Source: Basidiobolus meristosporus CBS 931.73
Lineage: Eukaryota; Fungi; Basidiobolomycota
Length of the DNA: 35,032 nt
Assembly (NCBI GenBank): GCA_002104905.1
Contig: MCFE01000798.1
Coordinates: forward strand, 1 to 35,032
Direction of reading: 5' to 3'
A program made the translations under genes and the position numbers. Shown here piece after piece: positions 1 to 10,890 of this stretch. The notes under the pieces are model-generated. The model was not told the origin of the DNA. It did not search any database and saw nothing but the letters and a program-made list of their open reading frames with translations. How positions within the stretch are numbered: the first letter of the stretch is position 1; the number at the start of each line of letters is the position of its first letter.

Positions 1-1440
1 GTCTGAACTACTTATCAAATTTTCATGTTCTGGGTACATGATATTTTGGTGAAAACATTCTAAGTATCAGGGCCTGATACTCCTTAGTCATTGCAGGTCT
101 CCAAAGGCTTGTCTGAAGGCTATTTAGAGCCTCTTTTACAGTCTGTGGATTCTTCCATATAGACTGAATAGGCATAGGTAGAGTTTATGCCCTGATCAAT
201 ATAGTAATTTGGGCTATTTCTGGTCTAGTTGGATCTCCTACTATGTGATAAAGGAATGATCACTTCTGGGATATTCCTGGACACTGCTTTAGGCTGAACC
301 ATGGCTGTAGAGCACTCTGGAGTGAAAAGATTATCATTGTATTGCTTTAATTCAATCCTGATTATTGGTGGACTTGAGATCAGATTTTTGTCATCATCTG
401 ATGCAATTTTTTGTGCCAATTTCAGATTTTCATAAGATTATACATCCCTGGACTTGATCAGCTTCTCTGCTTTGGTAATGTAGAGACTGTTTGCTTGACT
501 CCCATTGCAGTAGCCCAAAAATAGGCATTTTACATTACTTGGGTCAGATTTTGACCAATTTCTGGGCAGTTTTGTGGCATATGCTGTACACTCAAATACT
601 CTTAGATGTTCTGCACATGGTCTGTATCCATACAGTGTCAAAATGGAGTAGAATCACAAGGTATTCTGCTATACTCCTATTCCTAGGGTATAAAGCAGTG
701 GCAACTGATTCCACTCAAGTATCATAAGCTAATATTGGATTATGGAGCATAAGTCTGGCCATATCAGTCATTAATCAGTTTGCATGTTCTGCCACTTCAT
801 TTTGCTGTGGCAAGTACAGTACAGTAGTCTCTTGATTTATCCCATGAATCTTGCAGAAGTAGATGAGGTGTTTTGAGGTATATTCTCTACCATTGTCAGA
901 GCTTATTATCTTAATTTCTGTACTGGTTTCTCTTTCCACCACAGCTTTGAACTCCTAGAGCTTGAACAGAGCCTCTTTCTTTTTCACCATCAAGTAGACC
1001 TATATGTATCTTGTATAATTTTTATTAACAGTGATCAGATACTTCATCTGGCCTAAAAATAAATTTTGCATAGGTTCAGACATATACAAGTGATTAGATT
1101 TAATTTCTACATAATTTTGATTAGCCTAGAGCTCTTGAACAGCTGTCTGGCCTGTTTTTCATATATGCAGGCTTTACAGTGCCCCAAATTAGCTGGGGGA
1201 TCAATTTTTAGTCCAGAATTAGCTGATTGTTGATTATTTTGCGGTAATAATCAAAATAAATGTGTCCAAATCTCCTGTTCCAAGCATTGGCATTTCTTCA
1301 TTTAAGTCACTTATATTAGCTCCCAGATATGACAGAATAGAATTTAGCTTGCATAGGTTCTTATCTCAAATACCCAGAGCAAAATGGGCAACATTTTGAT
1401 CAATGATCCTGCATCCAGAATTGTCAAAGCTACAACTGAG
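1..1440 (-). mobile_element. Degenerate Ty1/copia fragment, same family as 12276-16959: GAG-pre-integrase, integrase and linker joined directly to an LTR piece
   Basis: The reverse complement of ~67-1440 aligns by eye to ~13735-15115. ORFs 438-641 ([25 protein letters not shown]) and 225-419 ([17 protein letters not shown]) mirror the full copy. Bases ~18-64 match the LTR segment at ~12380-12428. RT and RNase H are deleted. Confidence 0.9.
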
Positions 1441-2237
1441 CCCTATGAAAAATTATTGTGATGATCCCATTGACAGGCTGCCATAACTTCTAAGTCCTTT
1501 GACTATGAGGTATTAATTCCATCAGGACACCATGTGCAGACCATCAAAAAATAATGCTCCCCAGATATCTTAAAAAACTTAGTTAAAATTTTTCATCACA
1601 ATAATACAAAAGTGGCTTTTGATTGGTTCTCTGCCAATTTTCTCACTTTCTAATCTCAGACAATTTATCACCTCCTATGTTTGTGTGCATTGATTGGCTA
1701 TTGCCTTTTTTTCACACACCTAACTACCTGACTCAACTGTTTCTCTTATTTTTCATGCATACAAATTGATAAATATCTGATGAAGCTCCACTGGTATCTC
1801 AATTGACAATTGTACTGGCCTATAGAAGTCCCTATACACTACAATAACATTAAGCCCAACCTTATATTCAACAATTAACTCCATTAAAAGCCACCACTAA
1901 ATAAGTATTTCATCTGCAATGCTCTGTTTCCATGACTTTGGCAGGAACCCTACTGCTTAATGTTGTTGTTCATTCACTGGTTCCCATAGATCCTGGTCTT
2001 CAGCCAGCACTGCAAGGTCTAGATCCTCATCTGCCAGTCTTTATAATAAGTCCTTGCAATATTCAAGTGAGTTTTCTTGAGCACTGCTCTTGAAGAAGTG
2101 CTGCAACCTCTAGATGTGCTTGTTAATGTTCCAGAATTCCACCAAAGGCATTGTGATAACCTCTTGAGTTCTTGATATTACTACTTTGTCTGTCAGTGGG
2201 ATCTCACTCTGTCAACAATGGAGGACATGGAGGCTGT

Positions 2238-2756
2238 TGTTATGAATAGACACAAGGCAGGAGGAAAAGCTAGGCATGGCAGGAAAGGACTTAGGTGTGG
2301 ACCATCAAGGCAAGGCAGAATTCAAGCAAGGCTGTTTATTCAAGACCTGTGTTTATCAGACTGAGGAATACTTAAGGGGGGAAAGGACTATATATACTTT
2401 TGGCTATATTGATGCCGAGAGATGTTAGCTAATACTAATGGGGTTGTGGGGTGAGGCACAGCAATGGTGCTGGGGATAATGACATAGATGACATGGTACT
2501 GAGACAGGATGGGGAAATGGATTGGGTCACCTGATCATGTGACTAAGTCATGTGACCTGGTATTTCCATATATGGTACTGGACTATAAAAAATACGATGG
2601 AAAGCTTCCATGGAATGTTCCATTGTGTAACAATGGTTTGGAATGGTCAGGAACTTTCTGGAAGGTGGTAGAAGGTTCTGGAAGGAATCTCTTAGAAATT
2701 GAGCTGGGAAGCTGAAACTTGGCATGGGTGTTCATGGTTGTCATGTGATCATGACA
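2238..2756 (-). repeat. 3' LTR of gypsy element (519 bp)
   Basis: Direct repeat of 7617-8137; by eye 4 substitutions and 2 single-base indels. Confidence 0.97.
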
Positions 2757-2771
2757 CTATTCTCCTCTTCC
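2757..2771 (-). promoter_or_regulatory. Polypurine tract, overlapping the last pol codons
   Basis: Minus strand GGAAGAGGAGAATAG abuts the 3' LTR; its final TAG is the pol stop. Confidence 0.85.
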
Positions 2772-5700
2772 AGGCGGAGCTCTGTTTCCCTTTGGGGCAG
2801 GTTTTGCAGGATATTGTTGGTGGAACTGGGTAACTAGTTCTTGACAATTAGTGAGATGTGTAGCTAGTTCCCATGTTTGGTCACTTGGGCCATAACCAAT
2901 CCAGTCTACTAAGTAGTACAGCTTTGACCGGATATACTTGGAGTCTAGAATCTGTTTAACTTCAAATTCTTGATGTTGGTCAACCTGGATAGCTTGGGGC
3001 TTTGCTTCTTGCCGGTTTGGCAATGTGTTCCTACAATACGGCTCCAGGAGGGACACATGGAAAGTATCATGGATTTTCATACTTGCTGGTAACTGTAGCT
3101 GATATACTATAGGGCTAAGCTTCTTCTTGATCTTGAAGGGACCAAGTTTCTTGAAATCCAACTTGTCACAAGGGCGGTTGGTGCTGATGTTTCTTCTGAG
3201 CAACCATACAGAATCTCCTTCATTAAGATCAGGGCTGGGATGCCGTTTTAGATTGGCAAACTTCTTGTAGCTTTCCTGAGCTAAGGATAGCTCTTCCTTG
3301 AGGGTGCTCTGGATGTCCTGGATTGCTTGGGCATGTTCAGCCACATGTGGGCTCATTGGGCTTGTTGGAATCTGGATATCAAACTGAGGGTGGAATCCAT
3401 AGTTTGCATAGAATGGTGTAAAACTGGTTGCACTATGACTTGAGTTGTTGTAGGCAAACTCAGCAACAGGGAGTAGGTCAACCCAATTGTCTTGCTGGTA
3501 ATTGATATAGCACAGGAGGTATTGCTCCAGAATCTGGTTGATTCTTTCAGTCTGGCCATCAGACTGTGGATGGAAGGCAGTAGAGAGCTTGACTTGAACA
3601 CCAAGGTATTGCATGAAGTGTTTCCAAAACTTGGACACAAACTGTGGGCCTCTATCTGACACAATATCACTGGGGATACCATGAAGGCGGAAAATATTCT
3701 TCAGGACTAAAGCAGCAGTTTCTTTTGCATCAGTGTTCTTACAGCAAGGGATGAAGTGAGCCATCTTGGTCAGCCGGTCAGCCACTACAAGTATAGCATT
3801 GAAGCCACATGACTCAGGGAGGTCAGTAATGAAGTCCATAGATATAGATCTCCATTGGTGTTCTGGGATAGGCAGGGGTTGAAGAAGTCCATAGGGCTAG
3901 TGTCTGGCTGGTTTTGCATGGTTGCAAATATCACAAGTCAGAATGTACTCTTTGATAAGAGTTATCATTCTAGGCCACCAGAAATCTCTTTTGATAGCAT
4001 TCAAGGTTTTGGCAGTACCAAAGTGGCCTGCAGCCATTGAATCATGCCGAGACTTAATGATGTCTAGCTGGGTGGCAAGGTCTGGGACATAAAGCTGCTG
4101 CTTGTGGTAGATGAGGTTGTTTACCAAATGCAGGTTCTGGATGTTTGGGAACTTGGGAGGGGGCCCAACTGGGGATTCCAGATATTTCTTGATGCTGCTG
4201 GAAGTCATATCAGAGGCCTGGGACTCTGATATCCTTACTAGGAATGAAGGGATGACAAGACTTGAGGACTGGGTGGCAAGAATCTCAAAATGTTTCTTGC
4301 TCAGCAGTGGGTGTTCCATTTGCCAACAGGCATCATCTCCCTCTTCCAGGGCATATTCCTTTTTTCTGGACAGGGCATCAGGCTTTCCTTGCTTTGCACC
4401 AGGTCTATAGGTGATAGTAAAGTCAAAGCTGGACAGGAAGAGTGACCATCTGGCTTGTCTCCGGTTTAGTACTTTGGAAGTTGCAAAGTACTCAAGGTTC
4501 TTATGGTCACAGAAGACTTTGATTTTGTGTTTTGCACCATCCAGGTAGTGTCTCCATTGCTCAAAGGCCACAATGATGGCAAGCAACTCCTTATCATAGA
4601 TATCATAGTTGATCTCTGCAGGGGAAAACTTCCGAGAGTAGAATGCAATGGGGTGCAACACATTATCCTCATCATACTGGGAGAGTATGGCACCAAGGGC
4701 AAAATCAGAAGCATCAGTCTCCACTATGAATTGCTTCTCAAGGTCAGGGTGGGCAAGCAGGGGGGCCTTCAGGAAAGATTTCTTGAGTTGGTTGAATGAG
4801 CTGGATTGCTCCTCATTCCAGGCAAAAGGTGTGTTCTTCTGGGTAAGCTTTGTCAGAGGGGTGACTATCTTGGAGTAGTTGGCTATGAACCTGTGATAGA
4901 AGTTGGCAAATCCCAGGAAGGATTGTACTTCCTTGACTGAGCTTGGAGTTTTCCAGGACTGGACTGAGTCAACTTTCTTTGGGTCCATTCTTGTTCCCTC
5001 AGGGCTGATGAGGTAACCAAGAAATTCCACTTCTCTCTGGTCAAATTCACACTTCTCTAACTTGGCATAGAGACCGGCAGAGTCTAGTTTTCTCAATACT
5101 TTCTTGACATGTTCATCATGTTCATCTTGGCTCTTGGAGTATATGAGAATATCATCAAGGTAGATTACCACAAACTGGTCAAGGTATTCACGGAATATGT
5201 CATTCATGAGGTGTTGAAACACAGCAGGGGCATTGGTGAGGCCAAATGGCATTACTCTGTACTCAAAGTGACCATATCTTGTGCGAAAGGCAGTTTTCCA
5301 TTCATCACCAGGCTTGATTCTGACAAGATTGTAAGCTCCTCTCAAGTCTATCTTGGTGAAGACTTGGGCAGCAGATAGCTGATCCAACAGTGTGTTGATC
5401 AGGGGCAGGGGGTAGCGGTTCTTGACTGTGATCTTATTCAAAGCACGGTAGTCCACACACATTCTGAGGGTGCCATCCTTCTTCTTGACAAAGAGGATTC
5501 GGGCTCCAGCAGGTGATTTGGAGTGCTGAATAAAACCCTTCTGGAGGTTTTCTTGAATATAACCATGGAGTTCTTTCAACTCCGGCTGGGAGAGGTTATA
5601 TATTGGGCCAAATGGAGGGACTTTTCCATCTTCAAGGTCAATAGGGCAGTCATAAGGCCGATGGTCAGGGAGGAGTTCTGCATTCTTCTTGTCAAAGACA

Positions 5701-6272
5701 TGGGCAAACTCTTGGTACTTGGCTGGTATAGTTGCTGAGGGGGCTCCTTCAGCTGGCAAGGTATCTTGGGCTGTTGAACTGTTGGCAACCATCTTTTCAC
5801 GGTTATCAGGGTCTGGAGATTTCATGGAGTTGACTTGGTGGGATCTGGTGAATGACAGGATCTTGGATTTCCAATCAATACTCGGATTGTGGTAGCTCAA
5901 CCATGAGCTTCCAAGCACAATAGGATAGTGTGGTGAGTTGATGATGTTGAAGGCAATTCTCTCTTGGTGGGCAGTACTGGACAGCTGGAGTAAGCATGTT
6001 TCATGGGTAACGGCACCAGAGGAGAGTGATCTTCCATCAATAACTTCTACTTGGACTGGACAGGATTTCAAGGTAACAGGAATAGAGTGCTTCTGGACAA
6101 AGGCTTGGTCAATGAAACAGGATGAAGCACCGGAATCAATCAGGGCTAGGGCTGGGACAGGACTGGAGTCAGGGATCTGGATTTTGACAGGCATTCTCAA
6201 GGACTGTATAGATTTTGTGGCGAAGGAAGATTCTTGGATATGCTGGATTTTCATGGGTGGGTCCAGTTGCAA
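2757..6272 (-). pseudogene. pol: Gypsy pol: aspartic protease, RT, RNase H, integrase with GPY/F motif and chromodomain; one premature TAG at 3897-3899
   Basis: [28 protein letters not shown] zinc finger, SMDFI..DRGPQF..GQTERINQ, LGPFKI, FEVKQILD..YLVDWIGY..TWE. ORFs 3897-6272 and 2757-3839 are in the same frame. Confidence 0.95.
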
Positions 6273-6305
6273 GCCTGTCAGTGCAACTGGACATTGGAGT
6301 TTCCC
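6261..6305 (-). promoter_or_regulatory. Programmed -1 ribosomal frameshift signal
   Basis: Slippery G GGA AAC (6305-6299), 6-nt spacer, perfect 11-bp stem GTCCAGTTGCA/TGCAACTGGAC with a 10-nt loop. The -1 frame runs into pol. Confidence 0.85.
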
Positions 6306-7240
6306 AACAGATCTGAATCAGGTTGGTTGCTGGAGGACTGCATCAGCTTGAAGCTGGACTTCTTGTTAGGGCAGGACTTGGCAAAGTGACCTGGTTGGCC
6401 ACAGTATAGACAGAGGTTGGCTTGTTGATGTCTGGACTTTTCACTCTTTGATAGTTTCTTGTATTTGGCACTATCAATCTGCATAGGATCTTCTGGAGTG
6501 ACTTGGGGAGCAGGAGGGGCTGGGACTGCAACAGGAATGTGTCTTTGACGGTTCTTTTGCTTCTTCTGGAATAGTCTGTTATCACACCGGATTGCTTGGT
6601 GCATAGCTTCAACCAATGTATCTGGATCTGGGAGTGTGAGTAGCAGATCACAAACTTCATCATTGAGGCCATCTTGGAATTGGCTAATCAAGGCTGCTTG
6701 ACCCCAGGAGCTGAGGTCACTGGAGAGTTGTCGGAATTCTGAGGCATAGACTGATGCTGGTTTGTTCCCTTGCTTGAGGGTCTTGATCTTGTTGGCAGCA
6801 GTTCTGGCTTGGTCAAGGTTACCAAATGTTAGCTCCATTTCAGTGAGGAAAGCTTGGTAGTCTCTGAGGAGGGGAGAGTTGGTCTCCACTAATGGGGAGA
6901 ACCACTTGAGAGCTGTACCAGTAAGCAGGTTGGAGATGAAACCAACTTTGGCCTGGTCAGTGGGGTACCGGTTGGGCTGGAGTGCAAGATTGTTCTTCAC
7001 CATGTTGATGAAGCCACGGAATTCATTCTGAGAGCCATTGAACTTGGTAGCAGGAGTATACTTGGGTTCTTGGTAGACTGGGACATGGCTAGTTTGCTGG
7101 ACACTTTGGTTCTGGAACTGAGCAAGAGTGTTTCTGAGGTCTGCATGGTCTTGCTGCAGTTGGGTAAAGGCAGCCATGAGCTGGGCAAAGTTCAGCTCTA
7201 GGTTGGACATGGTAGCAGAGGAAGGCGGATGAACTTGCAA
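6278..7240 (-). CDS. gag: Gypsy Gag (retrotransposon capsid plus CCHC zinc knuckle), intact ORF
   Basis: 320 aa; KFNGS..F...LTGTALKWF capsid motif, [19 protein letters not shown]. Start could be 7240 or 7210. Confidence 0.93.
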   Translation of the reverse strand: MQVHPPSSATMSNLELNFAQLMAAFTQLQQDHADLRNTLAQFQNQSVQQTSHVPVYQEPKYTPATKFNGSQNEFRGFINMVKNNLALQPNRYPTDQAKVGFISNLLTGTALKWFSPLVETNSPLLRDYQAFLTEMELTFGNLDQARTAANKIKTLKQGNKPASVYASEFRQLSSDLSSWGQAALISQFQDGLNDEVCDLLLTLPDPDTLVEAMHQAIRCDNRLFQKKQKNRQRHIPVAVPAPPAPQVTPEDPMQIDSAKYKKLSKSEKSRHQQANLCLYCGQPGHFAKSCPNKKSSFKLMQSSSNQPDSDLLGNSNVQLH

Positions 7241-7603
7241 GGAATACTGGAATATACTAAACTAGATTGTGGGTTTGTAAAGCCACTAGTATGTCAAGAA
7301 TACAACTATTGAGCCACAATCCCCAACTTAAATAAGTTAGCGTCACTTCAGAAGGTACTGGTTTCAACGTCCTTTGATAGAGTATTGTACTAAAGCTTCC
7401 AATACTGTAACAACTGTAAACTCCACCAGCAGGGTAATAAAGTGAATGCAGCTTTGACCAATAGTTTTACAAAGATAAAGTATCTTTGCCTTTATAGGAC
7501 AAGACTAGGGAAAGATGATGGGTGATACTTACGGTGAGTATTCCTTTTACAAGTTTTCTTCAAACTTTGGGCAGAAGGCAGGGATCCACAGGTAAGTCAG
7601 GGG

Positions 7604-7614
7604 AGTCTGATAAA
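7604..7614 (-). promoter_or_regulatory. Self-priming primer-binding site
   Basis: Sense TTTATCAGACT, 2 nt after the 5' LTR, is the exact complement of AGTCTGATAAA at 7742-7732 in the LTR, 26 nt downstream of TATATATA (7769-7776). Confidence 0.85.
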
Positions 7615-7616
7615 AC

Positions 7617-8137
7617 TGTTATGAATAGACACAAGGCAGGAGGAAAAGCTAGGCACGGCAGGAAAGGACTTAGGTGTGGACCATCAAGGCAAGGCAGGAT
7701 TCAAGGCAAGGCTGTTTATTCAAGACCTGTGTTTATCAGACTGAGGAATACTTAAGGGGGGAAAGGACTATATATACTTTTTGGCTATATTGATGCCAAG
7801 AGATGTTAGCTAATACTAATGGGGTTGTGGGGTGAGGCACAGCAATGGTGCTGGGGATAATGACATAGATGACATGGTACTGAGACAGGATGGGGAAATG
7901 GATTGGGTCACCTGATCATGTGACTAAGTCATGTGACCTGGTATTTCCATATATGGTACTGGACTATAAAAAATACGATGGAAAGCTTCCATGGAATGTT
8001 CCATTGTGTAACAATGGTTTGGAATGGTCAGGAACTTTCTGGAAGGTGGTAGAAGGTTCCGGAAGGAATCTCTTAGAAATTGAGCTGGGAAGCTGAAACT
8101 TGGCATGGGTGTTCATGGTTGTCATGTGATCATGACA
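7617..8137 (-). repeat. 5' LTR of gypsy element (521 bp)
   Basis: Direct repeat of 2238-2756; TATA box at 7769-7776. Confidence 0.97.
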
Positions 8138-9699
8138 GCTGTGGTAGACAAATTGCCTTTCTCTGCAAACTCATCAACCTCACTGGAGTTTAGCTCAACT
8201 GGCTGTACTGCCAACTCTTGTGAAAACAGCTGTTTTCTTGTTGGTAATCCTTCTTGGCTATGATGTGATTCAGTCCATTCCAGGCTTACAGTGTTAATTG
8301 GCAAGAACTGAAGCATCTATCTTATGCTTCACTGTCTCTGATTGGGTAGACTTGTTCCCCATTACCTTTTCCACTATCACTGCCAGGTATTTCACTGCTA
8401 CTTTGACTGAGTGCTTCTTGAGTGATACTACACATTTTCCTTGGTGAATGTTGTGCCGGTGCATCTGTGCCTGCCTGATCTTCCCTTATAAGCACTCTTT
8501 CAGCTACCTGATACCTCTTTGAGGCTTGTTTGGAGCATTTGGCCCTGCTTGTAATGGGCTTGTGAGGAAGCTGCTGGTATTCTAGCCATTGCACCCTTCT
8601 TCTTCTACCTTTGATAGTTTCTGCTATTCTTGAGATACTTTCTTAGCATACCAATGCTGGCCCAAAATTTGTTTACTTGCTTGTGATCCAGGATAATGCG
8701 CATGGAGAAAGTCAAGCACATTACAGTTGGCCTTGAGTCCAGATGGTCCCATTGTATGCCAGCCTTAAGATGATGGCATACTAGACTTCTAACAACCCCT
8801 TAATCATCAGCCTGCTCTTCATCATTTCACTTAATGGCTTCACAGTTCTTTAGTATTTCTTGACTTTTAGGCTTTAGTATAAACACTACATTTTCTCCCT
8901 CCCATGCTGCAATAGTTTTCTCTGCAGGCTTTATCTTTGGCCACTGTTGTTGTGCTTCAAAGACTCTATGCTGTTCTTTTGCTGTTACATCAGGAAATGG
9001 CCCAATTCTTGGCTGTGACATTGAGCTACTTGAGTTCCTTCTTTGCAGCAAAGATACTGCTTTCTCCACATGGGTTATTGATTGCTCTACCTGTATTATC
9101 TGCTTGTTCTGTTTCTGGGCTATTTCCTGCTTTCCCTGGGCCATTGCATCTATCCTATCAGCCACTGCAACTATTGGACTCATTAATGCCCTGGCATGAG
9201 CTTACAAAATACTTGCTAATACAGACTGTGGTGATGTTATGACAGCCACTTTCTGGTATTCAACCAAAAGTACTCCTCTGCTTCATTCTCATCTGCCTCA
9301 GCAATATGGTCAGTTTGTGACTCTGCAGAGACTTCTAATTGCCTACTTGACTATGAGGCTCAGGAATCTGCATCACTCCCTTCAGTGGGCACGCTATCTA
9401 AAGGGCCTTTTTTTGGTTTTAGCTTTGCTTTTTGCACTGAATGTCAAAGCAAGCTGTTGTCCAACCATTTTTCTGCCACTGTCAGCAGTGGGGTTTGGCT
9501 AGGAACCTGACAACTTTGCTTTAGTTTTTGGCAGCATATATATACAAGTGGGTCAAACAAAGGGGAATGTGTATATAGTAACACAATTTTATTTATAATG
9601 CTTACTATGGTGGGCCATCACAGAATCTTATATACATGCAGGTGCAATATCTCAAATACAAGACTGTCTTAGACTGACATGAGTATTGCCAAAGAAGTG

Positions 9700-10890
9700 A
9701 TATAATAGCATTATGTTGCTGAGTGTCAAACTGTTTGCTCAAAGGATAAGACTACTTTGTTTCAACACCATAAGAGAAGAGAAATATGACTATGTGACTA
9801 TGGTAGCAAGCCTCTCCGCCATGAAGCATGCAGACAGCAAAGGAAGTATTACAAGGTTCACAGCCAGTGTTTTGCCATACCAGTCTTATTTGACCATTTA
9901 CCAGTCACTACTGTACCAGCAATATCTTGCTAGCCACTTGATTCTTCTATAACAGCATCTGCCCATACTTATCAACTTGTGCAAACTGAGCCAGGTGAGT
10001 TTGTGACACCTATAGGCTCACCCCAGCCATCTGAATATGGCACACAGAGTAATAGCTCTGAAGAAGCAGGCTCACTGATGGATTGTGAGCCTATCTTCCC
10101 TAACAACAGTACCCTGCATGAGCCCAGCAAGATCCCATTATGCAATGAGAAAGCACTTGTAGAAAAAAATGTCAAGAATACTTTATGGAGTCAAGTGAGC
10201 ACAGTAATCCATCTACTGGTTAATGATGCAATGTTGTGGCTCAAGAAGTGGTGCATTTCCACTGATATCAGTAATGGGGGCTTTGAAGATATACTACTAC
10301 TTTGTGACAAAGTTATCCCAGGATGAAACTTACCATGTACATAGTATAAGTAAGCAACCATCATGCAGCTGGCAACATATGAACCAGGAGCCATCCTGAT
10401 ACTAGCATGCGTTAACAGTTGCATGGTGCTCATATCAGAAAATGTCACTATTGCAGGTGTCCAGCTTGTTAGGAATTCACAACCATTGGGGGAAAGCATT
10501 GTTAACACTCCAGATATATTCCAGAAATACCCTGTATAAAAAAGCTCATGCAGTCCAACAAATATTGTGTAGCTATAAAGTACTGCATTCACTATCAATC
10601 AAATGTTAACATATCAGATATTTGATGGCAAATATTTCAAACAGCTAAGAAACAAGGGCCAATTTGAAGGTATTTATGACCATGCCTTTGCCTTAGCACT
10701 TGATATATTCTCATTAAACAAGTACACTACTGCCAAATCCTGCTGGCCACTGATTCTCATCAACCTGAGTCTACCACCTATCTGATGGTATCAGAGTAGA
10801 AATCTGATGGTGGTCTCACTGTTATGTTGGCATAAATCACTGCCCAACCTGGATAGCTACCTATATCCATTGCCAGATAATTTTGTATGT
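9700..10890 (+). pseudogene. CACTA/EnSpm Transposase_21 (Tnp2)-like gene, copy 1, 5' half only
   Basis: ACVNSC..CPAC motif and IFDGKYF..ALALDIFS..CWPLILINLSLPP..LDSYLYPL. Many stops. Start is approximate. Confidence 0.8.

Larger units (their letters stand above)
2238..8137 (-). mobile_element. Full-length Ty3/gypsy chromovirus (Tf1/sushi-like) LTR retrotransposon
   Basis: Paired TG..CA LTRs, 5-bp TSD GCTGT (2233-2237 and 8138-8142), gag, PR-RT-RH-IN-chromodomain order. The empty paralogous site is visible at ~23965-23990. Confidence 0.97.
1897..9537 (-). pseudogene. Unknown ORF X, copy A (~580 codons net), partner gene of the CACTA-like transposase; split by the gypsy insertion, with stops and frameshifts
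   Basis: ATG at 9537 (MLPKTKAKLSGS). Track ORFs 8827-9183, 8322-8594 and 8122-8316 are homologous to 22576-22983, 23265-23645 and 23777-24175. Stops at 2041-2043 and 1897-1899 are shared with copy B. Confidence 0.6.
1441..10890. mobile_element. CMC/CACTA(EnSpm)-like DNA transposon copy 1, truncated on the transposase side and interrupted by the gypsy element
   Basis: Begins CCCTATGAAAAATT at 1441. After removing 2238-8142 it is collinear in inverted orientation with ~11310-24772. Carries Transposase_21-like motifs and a divergent ORF. Right boundary is approximate. Confidence 0.7.

Noticed and set aside
2509-2725. Short ORFs in the gypsy LTRs (also 7890-8106 and 21429-21767)
   Set aside because: Recur only because the LTR is repeated; no domain similarity and long CpG-free ORFs arise easily.
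3353-6672. Antisense and off-frame ORFs overlapping gag-pol (for example 5938-6351, 4111-4410)
   Set aside because: Shadows of the long coding frame with no recognisable motifs.
8346-8357. 12-bp match TAGACTTGTTCC to the Harbinger TIR
   Set aside because: Lies inside ORF X, is not conserved in copies B or C, and has no subterminal motifs; treated as chance.
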